This document shows, piece after piece, positions 25,228 through 39,127 of a stretch of DNA of 64,000 nucleotides (position 1 is its first letter; each line of letters begins with the position of its first letter). Source of the DNA: the human T2T-CHM13v2.0 reference genome, Homo sapiens; the NCBI RefSeq assembly GCF_009914755.1, contig NC_060938.1. One strand, written 5' to 3'. The position numbers and the translations under genes are program-made. Below the pieces are notes generated by a model that ran no database searches, was not told where the DNA came from, and saw only the letters and a program-made list of their open reading frames with translations.

Positions 25228-27187
25228 TGATATGGGTTGGATTTGTGTCCCTGCCCAAATCTCATGTCAAATTGGAAGAGAGGCCTGGTGGGAGGTAATT
25301 GGATCATAGGGGTGGATTTTTCCCTTGTTGGTATTATGATAGTGAGTGAATTCTCATGAGATCTGATGGTTTAAAAGTGTGTGGCACTTCCATGTTCACT
25401 CTTTCTCTCTCCTGCTCCACTATGGTAGATGTGTTTGCTTTCTCTTCCCCTTCTGCCATAATCATAAGTTTCCTGAGGCCTCCCAGCCATGCTTCCTGTA
25501 CAGCCTGCAGAACTGTGAGTCAATTAAACCTCTTTTCTTTATAAATTACCCAGTCTCATGTAGTACTTTATAGCAGGGTGAGAACAAACTAATACAGAAA
25601 TGGTACTTTGAGTTGGGCTCTGCAATAAAGATACTTGAAAACGTGGAAGAAACTTTGGAACTGGGTAATGGGCAGAGGTTAGAATAGTTTAGAGGGCTCA
25701 GAAGAAGGCAGGAAGATGTGAGAAAGTTTAGAATTTCCTAGAGACTTGTTGAATGGTTTTGACCAAAATGCTGATGGTGATATGGACAATGAAGTCCAGG
25801 TTGAGGTCGTCTCAGATGGAGATGAGGAACTTATTGGGAACTGGAGTAAAGGTCACTCTTGCTATGCTTTAGCAAAAAGACTGGTGGCATTTTGCCCATG
25901 CCCTAGGGATCTGTGGAAATTTGAACTTGAGAGAAATGATTTAAGGTATCTGGCAGAAGAAATTTCTAAGCAAATAAGCACTCAGGATGTGACCTAGCTT
26001 ATTCTGAAAGTGTTCAGTCATATGTATTCACAAAGAGGTGGTCTGAAATTGGAACTTATATTTAAAAGGGAATCAGAACATAAAAGTTTGGAAAATTTGC
26101 AGCCTGACCATGCAGTACAAAAGAAAATCCCATTTTCTGGAGGGGCATTCAAGGCTGGAGAAATTTGCATAAATAAAGAGGAGCTGAATGTTAATAGCAA
26201 AGACAATGGGCAAAATGTCTCCTGGGCATTTCAGGCACTCCCTAGTGGAGCTGTGAGAAGAGAGCCATTATCCTCCAGATCCCAAAATGGCAGATCCACC
26301 AACAGCTTAAACCGTGTGCCTAGAAAAGCAGCAGGCACTCAATGCCAGCCCATGTAAAGCTGCAGGTGCTGTACCCTGCAGAGCCACAGTGGTGCAGCTG
26401 CCAAGGCCTTTGGAGCCCACCCCTTGCATGAGTGTTCTCTGGATGTGAGACATGGAGTCAAAGAAGGTTTTTTTGTTGTTGTTGTTGTTTTTTGTTTTTT
26501 TAGCTTTAAGATTTAATGACTGCCCTGCTGGGGTTTGGACTTGTATGAGGCTTGTAGCCCCTTTGTTTTGGCCCATTTCTCCCATTTCAAATGGGAGCAT
26601 TTACACAAAGCCTGTACTCCCATTGTATCTCAGAAGTAACTAACTTGTTTTTTATTTTACAGGCTCATAGGCAGAAGGGACTAATCTTGTCTCAGATGAG
26701 ACATTGAACTGTAGAGTTTTGAGTTAATGCTGGAAACAGTTAGGATTGGGGGAGTGTTGAGAAGAGGTAATTGTGTTTTGCAATGTAAGAGAACATGAAA
26801 TTTGGGAGGGGCCAGGGGCAGAATAATATGGTTTGAATTTGTGTCCCTGTACAAATCTCATATGGAATTGAAGGAGGGGCCTGGTGGGAGGTGATTGCAT
26901 CATACTGGTGGATTTCTCCCTTGCAGTTCTTGTGATAGTGAGTTATCGTGAGATCTGATGGTTTAAAAGTGTGGCACGCCCCCCTTCACTCTGTCTCTCT
27001 CTTGCTCTGCCATGGTAAGACATGTTTACTTACCCTTCACCTTCTGCCATGATTTTAATTTTCCTGAGGCCTCCCAGCCTTGCTTCCGGTACAGCCTGTG
27101 GAACTGTGAGTCAACTAAACCTCTTTTCTTTATTAATTACCCAGTCTTGGGTAGTTCTTTATAGCAGTGTGGGAACAAACTAATATA
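25228..27187 (+). mobile_element. MSTA/THE1D-type ERVL-MaLR provirus (LTR-int-LTR) with internal deletion
   Basis: 5' LTR 25228-25596, internal 25597-26823, 3' LTR 26824-27187; perfect 5-bp TSD CATTC (25223-25227, 27188-27192); purine-rich tract before the 3' LTR. Confidence 0.92.
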
Positions 27188-28319
27188 CATTCCATTTAGA
27201 TTTTTGAGCTATCCACTATCTTTTCAATACATCATCTTTCTGATATTAGCTTAGCTTTTATCAATTTCAATTGGTTGAGTAACGAAAATAATGCCTTAAA
27301 ATGTTAAATTGCTAAACTTTTTACTACTCCCACCCCATAAATTACTCCTCAGTTCCATTCTTTCATCACAACACCAGAGAGGGAGTAGAAGTATGAAAGA
27401 TATGTGTTAAGGAAGTCTAGGTGAAAAAAGATTAAGCAGAAAATCTGCGCCTTAGTCCCGCATAAATTTTTAAATGAACAGATGTGAAGGGAGGGTGACA
27501 AGTTTTGCAGTAATCTCCTCTACTGTGTAAGACTGATCTTACTGAAGAAAGGAGTATACAACACAGTTAGAGGGAAAGGTCAAAGAAAGAAGGCACTTTT
27601 AATTCTCCAACTATCTGTTTTGGAGTTTGGCAACTTTGACAAGCTAGGACTATGACAAACTAAGACAAGTACAGTTGAATATAATCTGTGCTGTGGTGTG
27701 TTTATCCAGGCTGAATGCTTTCATTTAACTTCTCTGAGACTACCCTGAATGTCAGTGGCTCCAGTGAGACACATAAAATATCATAGTTCCTTTGTGTGCT
27801 GTGTTGCAAGATGTGATTCTGTGATCAACAGTACAGAGGACTCATTCAGGATAGAGTATGAATAGAAGTCACAGCCAAATCTCAGGGGATCTGAAGCACT
27901 ACCAATAGGTGAAATGAGATTAAGCCAATATATAGGGACTCCTGGAGCTGATCTAGTGAAGAGTAAACCATTCGCAAATATCAAAGAGGTGAACAGTTAA
28001 TAGGAAGAATTGATGTCAATGTCACCAAGGTCAGAAGGAGCAGTTGTTCTCTCAGCAGAAACTAATCCTAGCTAGCCACTTGGAAGCAGAGACCAAAAAG
28101 AAGCCAGAAGGCTGTGACTAATGGGACTGTATCCTTTTCTGAGACCTTAAGAGCACACAAATCTTTTCCATAGCTCTGTATGTCATCTTGGGGAGGATAA
28201 CAGAGAGGGATCAGGAAAAAGAGAGATTAATTATTTAATAATTTGAAATGAAAGAGGCTGTAATATCATAAATTGGCTAATTTAACACTTGTTCTCTTTC
28301 TCCTTTTTAATCTATCAGA

Positions 28320-28815
28320 TCATTTGTAGCTACAAAGCAAGAGAGGAAGTGACCAGTACTGACTTAGACAACACAGGTTTATTTTTATCTATATAACAAG
28401 AATTAAAGAGGTGGGTCATTCCAGACATAGCGCAGAGATCAAGATGATAATTTGGAGCGCATATGCCTCTTACCTTTTTTTAGTTTCCATCCTTAGTACG
28501 TCAGCAAAGTCTTTCCTCCTGGTTGTAATACAGCTACAACAGCTCCAACCATCACATTCTAAACACATTCAGAAACGGGAAGAAGAAAGCAGATGACAAA
28601 CACATTGAGAGGTGGGTGACAAGGACAAAGGGTGTGAGAAAGACAGCCTTTCTTATATACCTTTCTCTTTTTATTAAGATAAATAGTTTCACTTCAAAAA
28701 TTTCAAGTAGATTTTCCCTCGTGTTATATTGTCTACTCCAAGTTGGAAATGCAGTAGGAAAGGGAACATATGGTATTTTCATCCTTCATGGTCAGTGAAG
28801 GCTCTGCTAGCACGG
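28320..28815 (-). mobile_element. Old MLT1 (K/L/N-type) LTR
   Basis: Motifs ataacaagaattaaagaggtggg, tccatccttag, cagctccaaccatcacattc. Confidence 0.5.
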
Positions 28816-29147
28816 AATAAGTGTACCTGCTGCATTCATGTCATCATAAAATCCTTACTAGTCTACTCTTTCCATTAAATCAGGTAATCAAGACTTGATA
28901 GTAAGGCTGTGGGGGTAATGTTTTACTGTGGAAAAAAACTAAAGTTTTACTCAGAAGTTGCTGGATCAAGTCCTATCTGTGCAATGTACAAGGCATGTGA
29001 CATTGCATGTCATGTAAGCTTTCTAAATAGCCTCATGTTAATTTGCAAAATGAGGTAATCAACATCATATTCATCACTTGAAAGAGATAATGCATTTAAT
29101 TGTTTTTATATTGAAAATTTTGTATAGGATGACTTTCATTTTTATTT

Positions 29148-29850
29148 GTATTCATTCATTTATTCAATAAATGTTTGTTTAAGAACTACAGTTTGCCAGG
29201 CACTGATATAGGTTCTGGGGATACCACAGTGACAAAATAAAGTCACTGCTGGCATGGAACTTAGTTTCCAAGTGGGGGTTATGGCAGGAGATGGGCAATA
29301 AAGAGTAAACATATTATCTGATATTAAATTAAAATGTAAGTTTCATGAGAGCAGGGACTTTTGTCTGCTTTTCTCAGTGATTAGAACAGCATCTCGTACA
29401 TAGTAAGCACTTAGTAAATAAACCAATGGTGATAAACGTTATGAAAAAATATAACAGTGTAAGGTGATACAGAGTGACAAGTGGATACTACTTAAGTTGG
29501 AGTGATTGATTTCATCCTCTTAGATGATATTTCAATGAAGACTTGATTGCATTAAGGATATCTGGGAAAAAAACATTCTGGGAGAGGGAACAGCATGCAC
29601 AGATTTTCAAGGAAGGGAGAATGCTTGGCACATTCGAGGAACAATAAGAAACCCAAGGGGAGGGGGATGGTAGGAGATGAAACCAAAGTGGTAGATAGGG
29701 GCCAGATAAGTTAGGGCTTTGTGAATGGTAGGCAGGGCTTGAATTTGACTACTGGCAATGAAGAAGATGGGATGCCACAAGAGATGTGTCATGATATGAC
29801 CTGTAAAAATATCATTCTGGGTGATTTCTTTAGCAAAGACTGTGGAAGGG
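29148..29850 (-). mobile_element. L2 3' region containing a short opposite-strand L2 3' end (~29330-29420)
   Basis: attcattcatttattcaataaatg terminus; the insert reads aatgtaagtttcatgagagcagggac...catagtaagcacttagtaaata. Confidence 0.7.
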
Positions 29851-30778
29851 CAAGCAACGCTATAATTATAATTGTTATCACACTATTACTATTATTTTAT
29901 GATTGACTTTTTTGCTTTCCTTATTGAGAAATATTATTCTTTGAAAAGTAAGTCACTCTTTCTGCTCTGGACCTATTAATTCAAAGGAAGAAAACATAAA
30001 TTTTTAACCATACCAAAAGCTTTTTCTTTCAATAACCTCAGTTAATAGGAAGTGAAGAAGTCACTTTGCCTTAAATGAATTTTATTCCCAGAACCCTTGT
30101 TAAATGAAGTATTACTGAATATTGCTTTTGAAATAAAATTATGCTATAAACCTGGGGTGAGGGCAAAATTTTATTACCAACAGAACAAATGTTTTATAAC
30201 AGTGGTTGCATGAGCATATGAAAACATTTGCAGACAAAAAACTCTATTTACTAAATCATGTAAAAGTCTTTAAACTGCTTTTCAGAAAGGCTATTTAGAA
30301 AAGACTTTATGCAGTATAAAAGCTATCTAGTTTTTTAATTTTATGATCGTCTAAAGTCAAAGATAAAAAATTAATTTTGGTTACACTTTTAGTTCTCTAC
30401 TAGGTTAATAAGATGTCATGAACCCTTCATTCTATAAAACACTAGAAAATAAAACAATATTCTAAGTATTTACTAAAGAAGAGACAGAGACACATGTGAC
30501 TACTTCTTGACAACTGTTACATAAATTTTAATGTAAAAACTGTAGGACTAACAAAAATCACACCAAAATTAAAATGGCTTTATTTGTATATTTTATTATA
30601 ATATATAGTTACAGGATTTGTTTTGTTATTTAAAATGGTATGGGAACTAAAGCGGGAACATGCTGTATGAGTGAACAATTTTTTGTTTTTAATTTGAGAT
30701 TTTTAACTGATAGCTATTCATGAAGATTATGGTAATAAAATATATGTTTCTTCTGACTCACCCATGAACTTTTGATAA

Positions 30779-31152
30779 CATTTGTCCCCCCTTACCTGTT
30801 AGGGACCCATTCCAAGACCCTCAGTGGATTCCTGAAACCATGTATAGTACTGAAGCCAAAGCCTATATATACTATTTTTTTTAATCTGATAACCCAGGTG
30901 GCAAATAAGTGACTAACATGCAGGTGGCATATATGGCATGGATACTTTGGACAAAGGGACGACTCATATCCTGTGCAGGGGAAGCAGGCTGGCATGAGAT
31001 TTCATCACATTACTAAGAACGGTGCACAATTAAAAAATTATAAGTTATTTACTTCTGCAACTTTTCATGTATGAATAATATTTCTGGACTGCCATTGACT
31101 GCCTGTTACTAAAACTACAGAAATGGAAATTTTAGATAAGGAAGTACTACTG
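30779..31152 (+). mobile_element. MER44/Tigger7 TcMar-Tigger MITE
   Basis: Ends catttgtccccccttacc / gataaggaagtactactg followed by TA; internal ttccaagaccctcagtgga and ggacaaagggac motifs. Confidence 0.8.
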
Positions 31153-31460
31153 TACTTATTGTAGGAGTGTGGTGCTGATAATAAAAGTTATGCTTTTGTA
31201 AAATGATTAAATAGAATTTGTTACAAGGCTAGGTGTATTTCACCAATACTTTCCAGGTGCTGGTTTTTAACTGGAGATGATATCAAATAAATGAACTGTT
31301 TTTATGCTTATAAGCATCTTCTGTTAAAATGCAAGTAATCCTATAACTTCTTATGAATGTGTTTAATCAGATTTCCTTATAACAATGTTTTCAGGAACTC
31401 TCTGAAGATGGTGATTTGCAGTTGGAAATAGGGAAGCAGGGAAGAAATAAATTGAAAGCT

Positions 31461-31807
31461 TGCTATAGTCTGAATGTTTGTATCTCTCCAAAATTAATAT
31501 GTTGAGATCTAATCCCCAATACATTGGTATGAAGAGGTGGGGTCTTGGGGAAGTGACTGGGTAATGAGTGATCCACCCCCATGAATAAGATAAATGCCCT
31601 TATAACAGAGCACCCAGAGAGCTGCCTTGCTCTTCTGCCATGTAAGGTCACATAGACGGTGTCATTTATAAGAAACGGGCCCCCACCAGACACTGTGAAT
31701 CTGCTAGTGCCTTGATCTTGGAATTCCCAGCTTCTAGAACTGTGAGCATAAATTATATAGTTTATAAATTATCAATTTTGTTACAGCAGTCGAAATGGAT
31801 TAAGACA
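31461..31807 (+). mobile_element. MLT1A/MLT1A0 solo LTR
   Basis: tgctatagtctgaatgtttgt ... gccttgatcttggaattcccagc ... ggattaagaca. Confidence 0.82.
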
Positions 31808-34107
31808 GGGTTGGTTTTTTTGTTTTGGGTGAAAATATTTGAAAACCTGTTTGTTACATGCAGATTCAAAGGATAGAAAAAATAAGTTGTCTTTTAAATG
31901 ACTATTTGTGCTCTTGAGAGCAAATAAAAAATTATCAAAAACAGATATAGAAAATGTAAAAATCGTGATGCTCTGGCTTCCTCGGGGGGTTGGATTCCAT
32001 CTCATTGACCTGGGAATTGGGTTGTTAAAGCATCTATATGAAACAGGAGAGGGATCTCAGGCCATGGGGGAGGTAAGTATTTGAGGGGCTGAAAATGACA
32101 TTCCTTCTTAAAGCCACGAAAAGATTAAGTTCTACACGAATAAAGAAGTATATTCACCAGCCACCACCCCCACAAAAAAAAATTTTCATCTTCAGAAGAT
32201 TTTGAATAGAGAATACTTATTTTCTATGAGGATTCTTACCCATAGCCTACATTTCAAATATGTTAAGATTGAGATTTTTCATTATATACATTGTCTTATA
32301 TCACCAGAAGAATAATTCCAAAAATTATCAGCTATTATGTTAGTATTTATTTTTACTAGTTCTCTCTAGAGCTTTTTTTCTGTAAGTTCGTTTATATGTT
32401 ACCCTTATAGTATCCATTTATCTTAATTTTTTACCCAGTTGTCATCTCTGCTACACAGGACCCCTATATATCATGTTTTATTAAAGATTTTCATCCACTT
32501 ATTTAGACACATATTAGAAAATTATCTGCCATGAGTAAAAGTAAGCATGATTACAACAAGAGAAATACAGAAGAAATGATTATTTTTCAAGCAATTTGTA
32601 TATTAAAACCGTGAAGAAAAAAATGTAAAAATTCAAATCTGGACAAAAGTAAAATGGAATGTCTAAAATGTATTTATAAAAAATATTATTGTTACAAACT
32701 CAGTGGGTCATTAAGCAACATATCAAATACAGCTAATAAAATGACCTGATATTATTTACTAGGATGCAGTTTAGAGAAATACCGAGGTGAAAAGTAAGTG
32801 AGAAATTAAGAGTTGTGGAAGATAGGTTGGCAAGGTCGAAACAACATCTCAGAGGAAGGTAATAGAATGGATGAAGGCTATGTATGTTGACAAAGAGGCT
32901 GATAATTTTCTGGATTTAATAAAAAGCAAGTGTTTTTGCAGTCAACAAACAGAGGAAATATATAGAGAAAAAGTAAAAAATAAAACCATCTTATAAAATT
33001 TTACTGAAATGTAGAGTACAAAAATGAAAAACAGCCCTAATAAAGGACATACTAGTTACAAATTAACTGGTTGCAAATAACCAACAGCAAAAATAATAAT
33101 ACAGTCCAGAAGATAAAAGAATAACAAATTCAAAATGTTAAAGCTGCAAAGATAAATTAGCTGTCAACCTAGACCCCTGCACTCAGTTAAATTGTTAATT
33201 AAGATTAAGAGTAAACCAAACATATTCTATTCAATAAAGACTTAGTGAGGCTACTGCTCACACAGCATCCCTGAAAACTATGATTCAGGGAGAAAGAAAT
33301 TGAATTCAAAAGGAAGAAATGAGATGCAAGCAGGAAAGTTGAGCAAATAAATTAGTAAACCTAAAACTACAATAAGAAAAAGTGAAAATAGTGACTCACA
33401 TTAATATGTGAAAACAAGGTTATATAAAAGTAATTTTTGAAAAGTCACAAGATGATAATTTTACTTGAAGTTCTATAAATTGTTTATAGTACTTAACTTA
33501 AAAATTTTAATGTCAAAGGTACAAATTCAAAATTTAATTATATTCATAAAGACAAATTAATGGAGTGTATAATATTCAAAACAGTGAAAGAGGAGAAGGA
33601 AATAAAACATATGAGCAACCAAAATTAAAAGGAAGAAATAAATTTTAAAAAATTGAAAGTATAATAAATTTCAAAAAACTAGCTAAGAATAAATGCACAT
33701 GCATACTTGCTTTATTACACTTCACAGATACTGCAATTTTACAAATTAAAGGTTTGTGGTAAACTTGAGTTGAACAAGTCTATTGGTGCCATTTTTCAAC
33801 AGCATGTGCTCACTACAAAAATGCCTCTCTGGGTCACATTTTTGTAATTGTTCCAATATTTCAAACTTTTTTATTAGTATCATACCTGTTGTGGTGTTTT
33901 GTAATCAGTAGTCTTTGATGTTACTATTGTATTTGTTTCGAGGCTCCGTGAACAAGCGCTCATATAAGACAGCAAACTTAATCCATAAATGTGTGTGTTC
34001 TGACTGCTCCTTCTATGATCTGTTCCCTGGTCTCTCTCCCTCTCCTTGGATCCCCTCATTCCCTGAGACACAACATTACTGAAATTAGGCCAATTAATAA
34101 CCCCACA

Positions 34108-35802
34108 ATGGCCTTTAAGTGTTCAAGTAAAAGGCAGAATCGCAAGTTTCTCACTTTAAATCAAAAGCTAGAAATGATTAAGCTTAGTGAGGAAGGCATG
34201 TTGAAAGCTGAGACAGGCTGAAAGCTAGGCCTCTTTCCCCAAACAACCACATTGTGTATGCAAAGGAAAAGGTCTTGAAGGAAATTAAAAGTGCTACTCC
34301 AGTGAAGACATGAATGATAAGAAAGCTCAACAGCCTTATTGCTGATATGGAGAAAGTTTTAGTGGTCTGGATAGATCATACCAGCCACAACATTCCCTTA
34401 AAACAAAGCCTAATCCAGAGGAAGGCTGTAACTCTTCAGTTCTGTGAAGGCTAAGAGAGGTGAGGGAACTGCAGAAGGAAAGTTTGAAGCTAGCAGAGTT
34501 TGGTTCATGAGGTTTAAGGAAAGAAGTCATCTGCATATCACAAAAATGCAAGGTGAAGCAGCAAGTTGTAATGGAGAACCTTCAGTAAGTTATACAGAGA
34601 CCTCTCTAAGATCATTGATGAAGATGGCTACACTAAATAGCAGATTACCAAGGTAGACAAAACAGCCTTGGAAGAAGATGCCATCTAGAATTTTCATAAC
34701 TAGAGAGAGAAACCAATCCTCTTCAAATCTTTTGAATCCTTGCTTCAAAACTTCAAAGGATAGGCTATCTCTCTTTTTAGGAGCTATTTGAACTAGTGAT
34801 TTTAAGTTGAAGCCAATGCTCATTAACCATTCTGAAAATTCTAAGGTCCTTAAGAATTGTAGAACATCTACTCTGTCTGTGTTCTATAAGCGAAACAACA
34901 AAGCCCGAAGGACAGCACATCTCTTTAAAGTATGGTTTACTGAATAGTTGAATCTCACTGTTGAGACCTACTGCTGAGAAAACAGATTATTTTCAAAATA
35001 ATGTGGTTCATTGACAATGTACCTCACCATGCAAGAGCTTGGATGAAGATATCCAAGAAGATAAATGTTTTTATTCCTGCTAATGCAACATCCATTCTGC
35101 AGCCCATGGATCAAGAAGCAATTTTGACTTTCGAGGCTTATTATTTTAGAAATACATTTCATAAGGCTATAGCTGCCATAGATAGTAATTCCTCTGATGA
35201 ATATGGGCAAAGTCATATTCAAATGAAAATTTTCTAGAAAAGATTCACCTTTCTATATGCCATTAAGAACATTTTTGATTCAAGGGGAAAAGTTAAAATA
35301 TCAATATTAACAGGAGTTCGAAAGGAGTTGAGTCCAACTCTCATAAGCAACTTTGAGGGGTTCAGAACTTCTCACTATAGATTTGGTAGAAATAGCAAGA
35401 GAACAAGAATTAGAAGTAAAACCTGAAGATGTCATTGAATTGCTGAAATCTCATGATATAACTTGAATGGATGAGGATTTGCCTCTTTTGGATGAGAAAA
35501 GAACGTGGTTTCTTGAGAAGGAATCTATTCCAGATTTGCATGCTGTAAACATTGTTGAAATAACAACAAAGGATTTATCAACTAAATTCCATCAATTTGA
35601 TAAAGCAGCAACAAGGTTTGAGAAGATGGACTCCAATTTTGAAAGAAGTTTTACTATGGGGAAAATGCTGTCAAGCAGCTTGGCATGCTACAGAAAAATC
35701 TTTTGTGAAAGGAATAATCAATTAATGTGTCAAACTTCATCATTGTCTTATTTGAAACAATTGCAAAACCTGCTTAACCTTCAGCAACCACTAGCCTCTT
35801 AA
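34108..35802 (+). pseudogene. Tigger1 (pogo-like) transposase, disrupted
   Basis: MAFKCSSKRQNRKFLTLNQKLEMIKLSEEGM..., EASRVWFMRFKERS, FIPANATSILQPMDQ; multiple stops and frameshifts. Confidence 0.85.
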
Positions 35803-35932
35803 GTCAACAGCCATCAATATCAAGACAAGACCCTTCATCAGCAAAAATACGATGACTTGGTGAAGGCTTAGATAATTGTGAGCACTTATATTTAGCAATA
35901 AAGTATTTTTTGATCAAGGTATATATACATGG

Positions 35933-36280
35933 TGATATGAATTAGCTATGTCCCCACCCAAATCTCATCTTGAACTGTAGCTCCCACAATTCCTGTGTTT
36001 TGTGGGAGGGACCTGGTGGGAGGTAATTGAATCATGGGGGCAAGTCTTTCCCATGCTGTTCTCATGATAGTGAATAAGTCTCATGAGATCTGATGGTTTT
36101 ACAAGGGGGAGATTCTCTGCACAAATTCTCTCTTGTCTGCCGCAATGTAAGATGTGCTTTTTGCCTTCCACCATGATTGTGAGGCCTCCCCAGCTATGTG
36201 GAACTGTGAGTCAATTTTTCTTTATAAATTGCCCAGTCTCAGGTATGTCTTTATCAGCAGCATGAAAACATACTAACACA
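35933..36280 (+). mobile_element. THE1B solo LTR nested in Tigger1
   Basis: tgatatgaattagctatgtccccacccaaatctcatcttgaa ... tactaacaca; 348 bp; degenerate TSD catgg/tatag. Confidence 0.88.
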
Positions 36281-36665
36281 TATAGTTTTGAAAACATATT
36301 ATTGCACAAGATAGACTACACTATAGTGTAAACATAACTTTTTTATGTACTGAGAAGCCAAAAAATTTGTGTGACTCATTTTATTATGATATTTGCTTTA
36401 TTGCAGTGGGCTAGAACTACACTTAAAATTTCCTATGTTGCTTATATACGGGAAATTATTGGAAACTGTAATTGGATTACACTTGTATGTGATAGATATC
36501 TCAGATTTGATTTTTCAAAATAGTTGGCAGTTAAGGGGCTTAAAAATGATATGTTAGGCAAACCAGAACATGATGAATACTTATATGGGTAAATTAATAT
36601 GAATATCAATCTAGATATAAGGGCAAAATAAAACAAAAACTAAGCTTACATTACTATGAAGAATG

Positions 36666-37213
36666 TGTAGTGGATTGTATTTTCCAAAAATGGCTGCAAG
36701 AATGTCTGTCTTCTTAAATGTTCTTTTAGAACTTTGCTAAGGCCCTAGGCAATGACAGTGAGGGTTATTTTCCTGCCCACTGAATCTCAGCAGAGCTTTG
36801 TGCCTACCTTGATGAATGGAATGTGGTAGAATGGAAGCTGCATCACTGGTCAGGAAAGGTGACATGACTTTTTTTGGTGCTGTTTTTCTTGATACAGTTT
36901 CCCTTGGAATCCAGTCACCATGCTGTGAGGAAATCAAAGCCAAAGGGAAGTTTCACATGAAGAGCAATCAAGTCGTTTAGCCCTCAGCCTGATGACCACC
37001 CTACTGACTGCTGCCCGTGTGAGTGAGCCATCATAAAAGCAAATCCATCAGTTTTCAACTGAGCCTCAGTTGAGGATGCCTGGGATAGAAACAAGTCTCT
37101 CCCATATAGATCTTTCAAAACTGCATGTTGGCAAGCCAAATAATTATTGTTGTTTTATGCTGCTAAGTTTTACAGATGATATGTTTTCTATTTAGCACTA
37201 TATAATAAAAGCA
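36666..37213 (+). mobile_element. MLT1F/G/H solo LTR
   Basis: tgtagtgg start; ggaatccagtcaccatgctgtgagg; gtgagtgagccatc; TSD gaatg/gaaag. Confidence 0.72.
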
Positions 37214-39127
37214 GAAAGTGACTTCATAATAATAAAATAGCAAATTCAATAGGAATATGCAATAAATTGAATATTTGATAATAATATATCTTCAAAATAT
37301 ATGGAAAAAATTGGAGAATCAAAAGAAAACATTTGTAAAAAATTTTAATATGTATATGTGTTTATATATTTGTTATAGATCATTTAAACAGATATAATAT
37401 TAGAAAAAGTGTAGAATATTTGACAAATATGTTTAACAAATTGTACATAGTACACATATACAGTATCCTGTTTCCATGTATTAAAAATACATGTTCAAGC
37501 ATTTAAGAATCATAAATATATTGTAATCGAGGAATCTCAATGGATACTAAAAATATAATGAAATACCATTAATTCCATTCATAATAAGCAAAGTTTACAA
37601 TGTAACAAAATATTAAATCAATAACATAAATGAAACCTAAATGCATTTATATCATAAATTTAGAAAAAGAAAGTAGGCTGCAAAATAATGATATGTTAAA
37701 GAAATAATTAAGTCAGAATCTAGCAATATATTTAATGTTAAAAAATAAAGGAAACATTACATATTAAATAGTATGTGATGAATAAAGCAATATTTAATGC
37801 TAAAGCTTATAGCTTTCAGTATATATTAAAAGGAATAAAAATCGCAATTCAATAATCTAAACATCCCCATATAAATACTTCCTAAATGAACAAAGAACAT
37901 AAACAAGCAGAAGAAAGGGAATAATTGATATGAGTATATTACATGAAATAAAAAACAAAGATATTTTATTACTTTCTGCAGCTGTTTAAAAATCTTTGTT
38001 AAGGAATAAATTTTTTCAAATAAAATCAAGGAAAACATAATATTAGAAATAAAAGGTAACTACAAAAGGGATTAAAATATGAAAATGTTTATGAAAATAT
38101 AATTAGAAAAATTTGACTAGATAATTTTAGGGAAAAATACGATTTTTTAGAGTAATAAACACTTACAGTAGACCTACAGCCAGTAAAGTATTTAAAATCT
38201 GTACTAAAGTTACTTCAGGCACAACTGTTTTGTCTCTTATTCCATGAAAATAATCTAATCTATACAGTGTCTCCTCATTTGATATGCCTAGAATAGACTT
38301 AATAGAGAAATTAAGTAAGAAAAAGTGGAGAAAAGAATAATGAATCTCAATCCCACTTGTGAATATAAATACAAAAGCCATCTAAAAACACTATCTAAAT
38401 AAGGAAAATAGCCTTGATTTAATGCAGGGTTGCTACAAAAGGCCTATAGTTTTACTGTTATTTGTGAAATTCCACAAACTAAACAAGTAGCTGAGAAGCG
38501 GTAATAAAAAGAGAACTAAAATCACCTAGAGCTTAAGGATGAGCTTGCTGTCAAATAACAAAACAAACAAACAAACAACCAGCTAGAGCAAAAAAGACAT
38601 ATAAGAAGGGAACATAAACAAGAATGACAGCAAATTTATCATCACAATCAATTCAAGGCATAAGATATTAGGGTAACATATTCAAAGTAAGCAAAGGGTT
38701 AATATTCAGAATACAGTGAAGACCTCACAAAGAAGTAAAAGACAACCAACACAAAATTAGCAAATAATATAAAATGATTTACAGAGAAATAAATCCAAAA
38801 GGCAAATAACTGTGAGAATATTTAACTTTAGTACTAATGAGAGAACAAATTAAACAACAGTATATCAAGCTGAGTCACACCTATTAAAGCAATGTCACCA
38901 AGTGTTCATGAGGATATGAGGGAACAGGTAATTTTATGAGTGGTTGGAGTGTAAATTGAGGCAACGACTTGAGGGGGCAATTGACAAAATACCTAATAAT
39001 GTTGTAAATGTGCGTACACAAAGCCCAGAAAGTGTACTCCTAGATATACATTCTAGAAAACCCTTCATATATAAAGCTATATTTATCTTAGAGAAAACTT
39101 CACACTTAAAAGAATGTACACTAAATA

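Larger units (their letters stand above)
33698..36444 (+). mobile_element. Full-length decayed Tigger1 DNA transposon
   Basis: Matches recalled Tigger1 consensus at both ends (catgcatacttgctttatt... / ...gctttattgcagtgggctagaac); transposase fragments appear in the ORF track. Confidence 0.93.
32500..39120 (+). mobile_element. Ancient L1ME element (ORF1-ORF2 remnants) fragmented by Tigger1 and MLT1 insertions
   Basis: A-rich decayed L1 coding motifs (gctgtcaacctaga, aaagcttatagctttcag, aagtgttcatgaggatatg); boundaries approximate. Confidence 0.55.

Noticed and set aside
25746-26643. ORFs of 83-115 aa in the MaLR internal region
   Set aside because: Fragments of the decayed MaLR internal ORF broken by stops, with no sign of preservation.
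34108-35802. Domesticated TIGD1-like gene
   Set aside because: Stop codon after 37 codons plus many frameshifts; an ordinary dead Tigger1.
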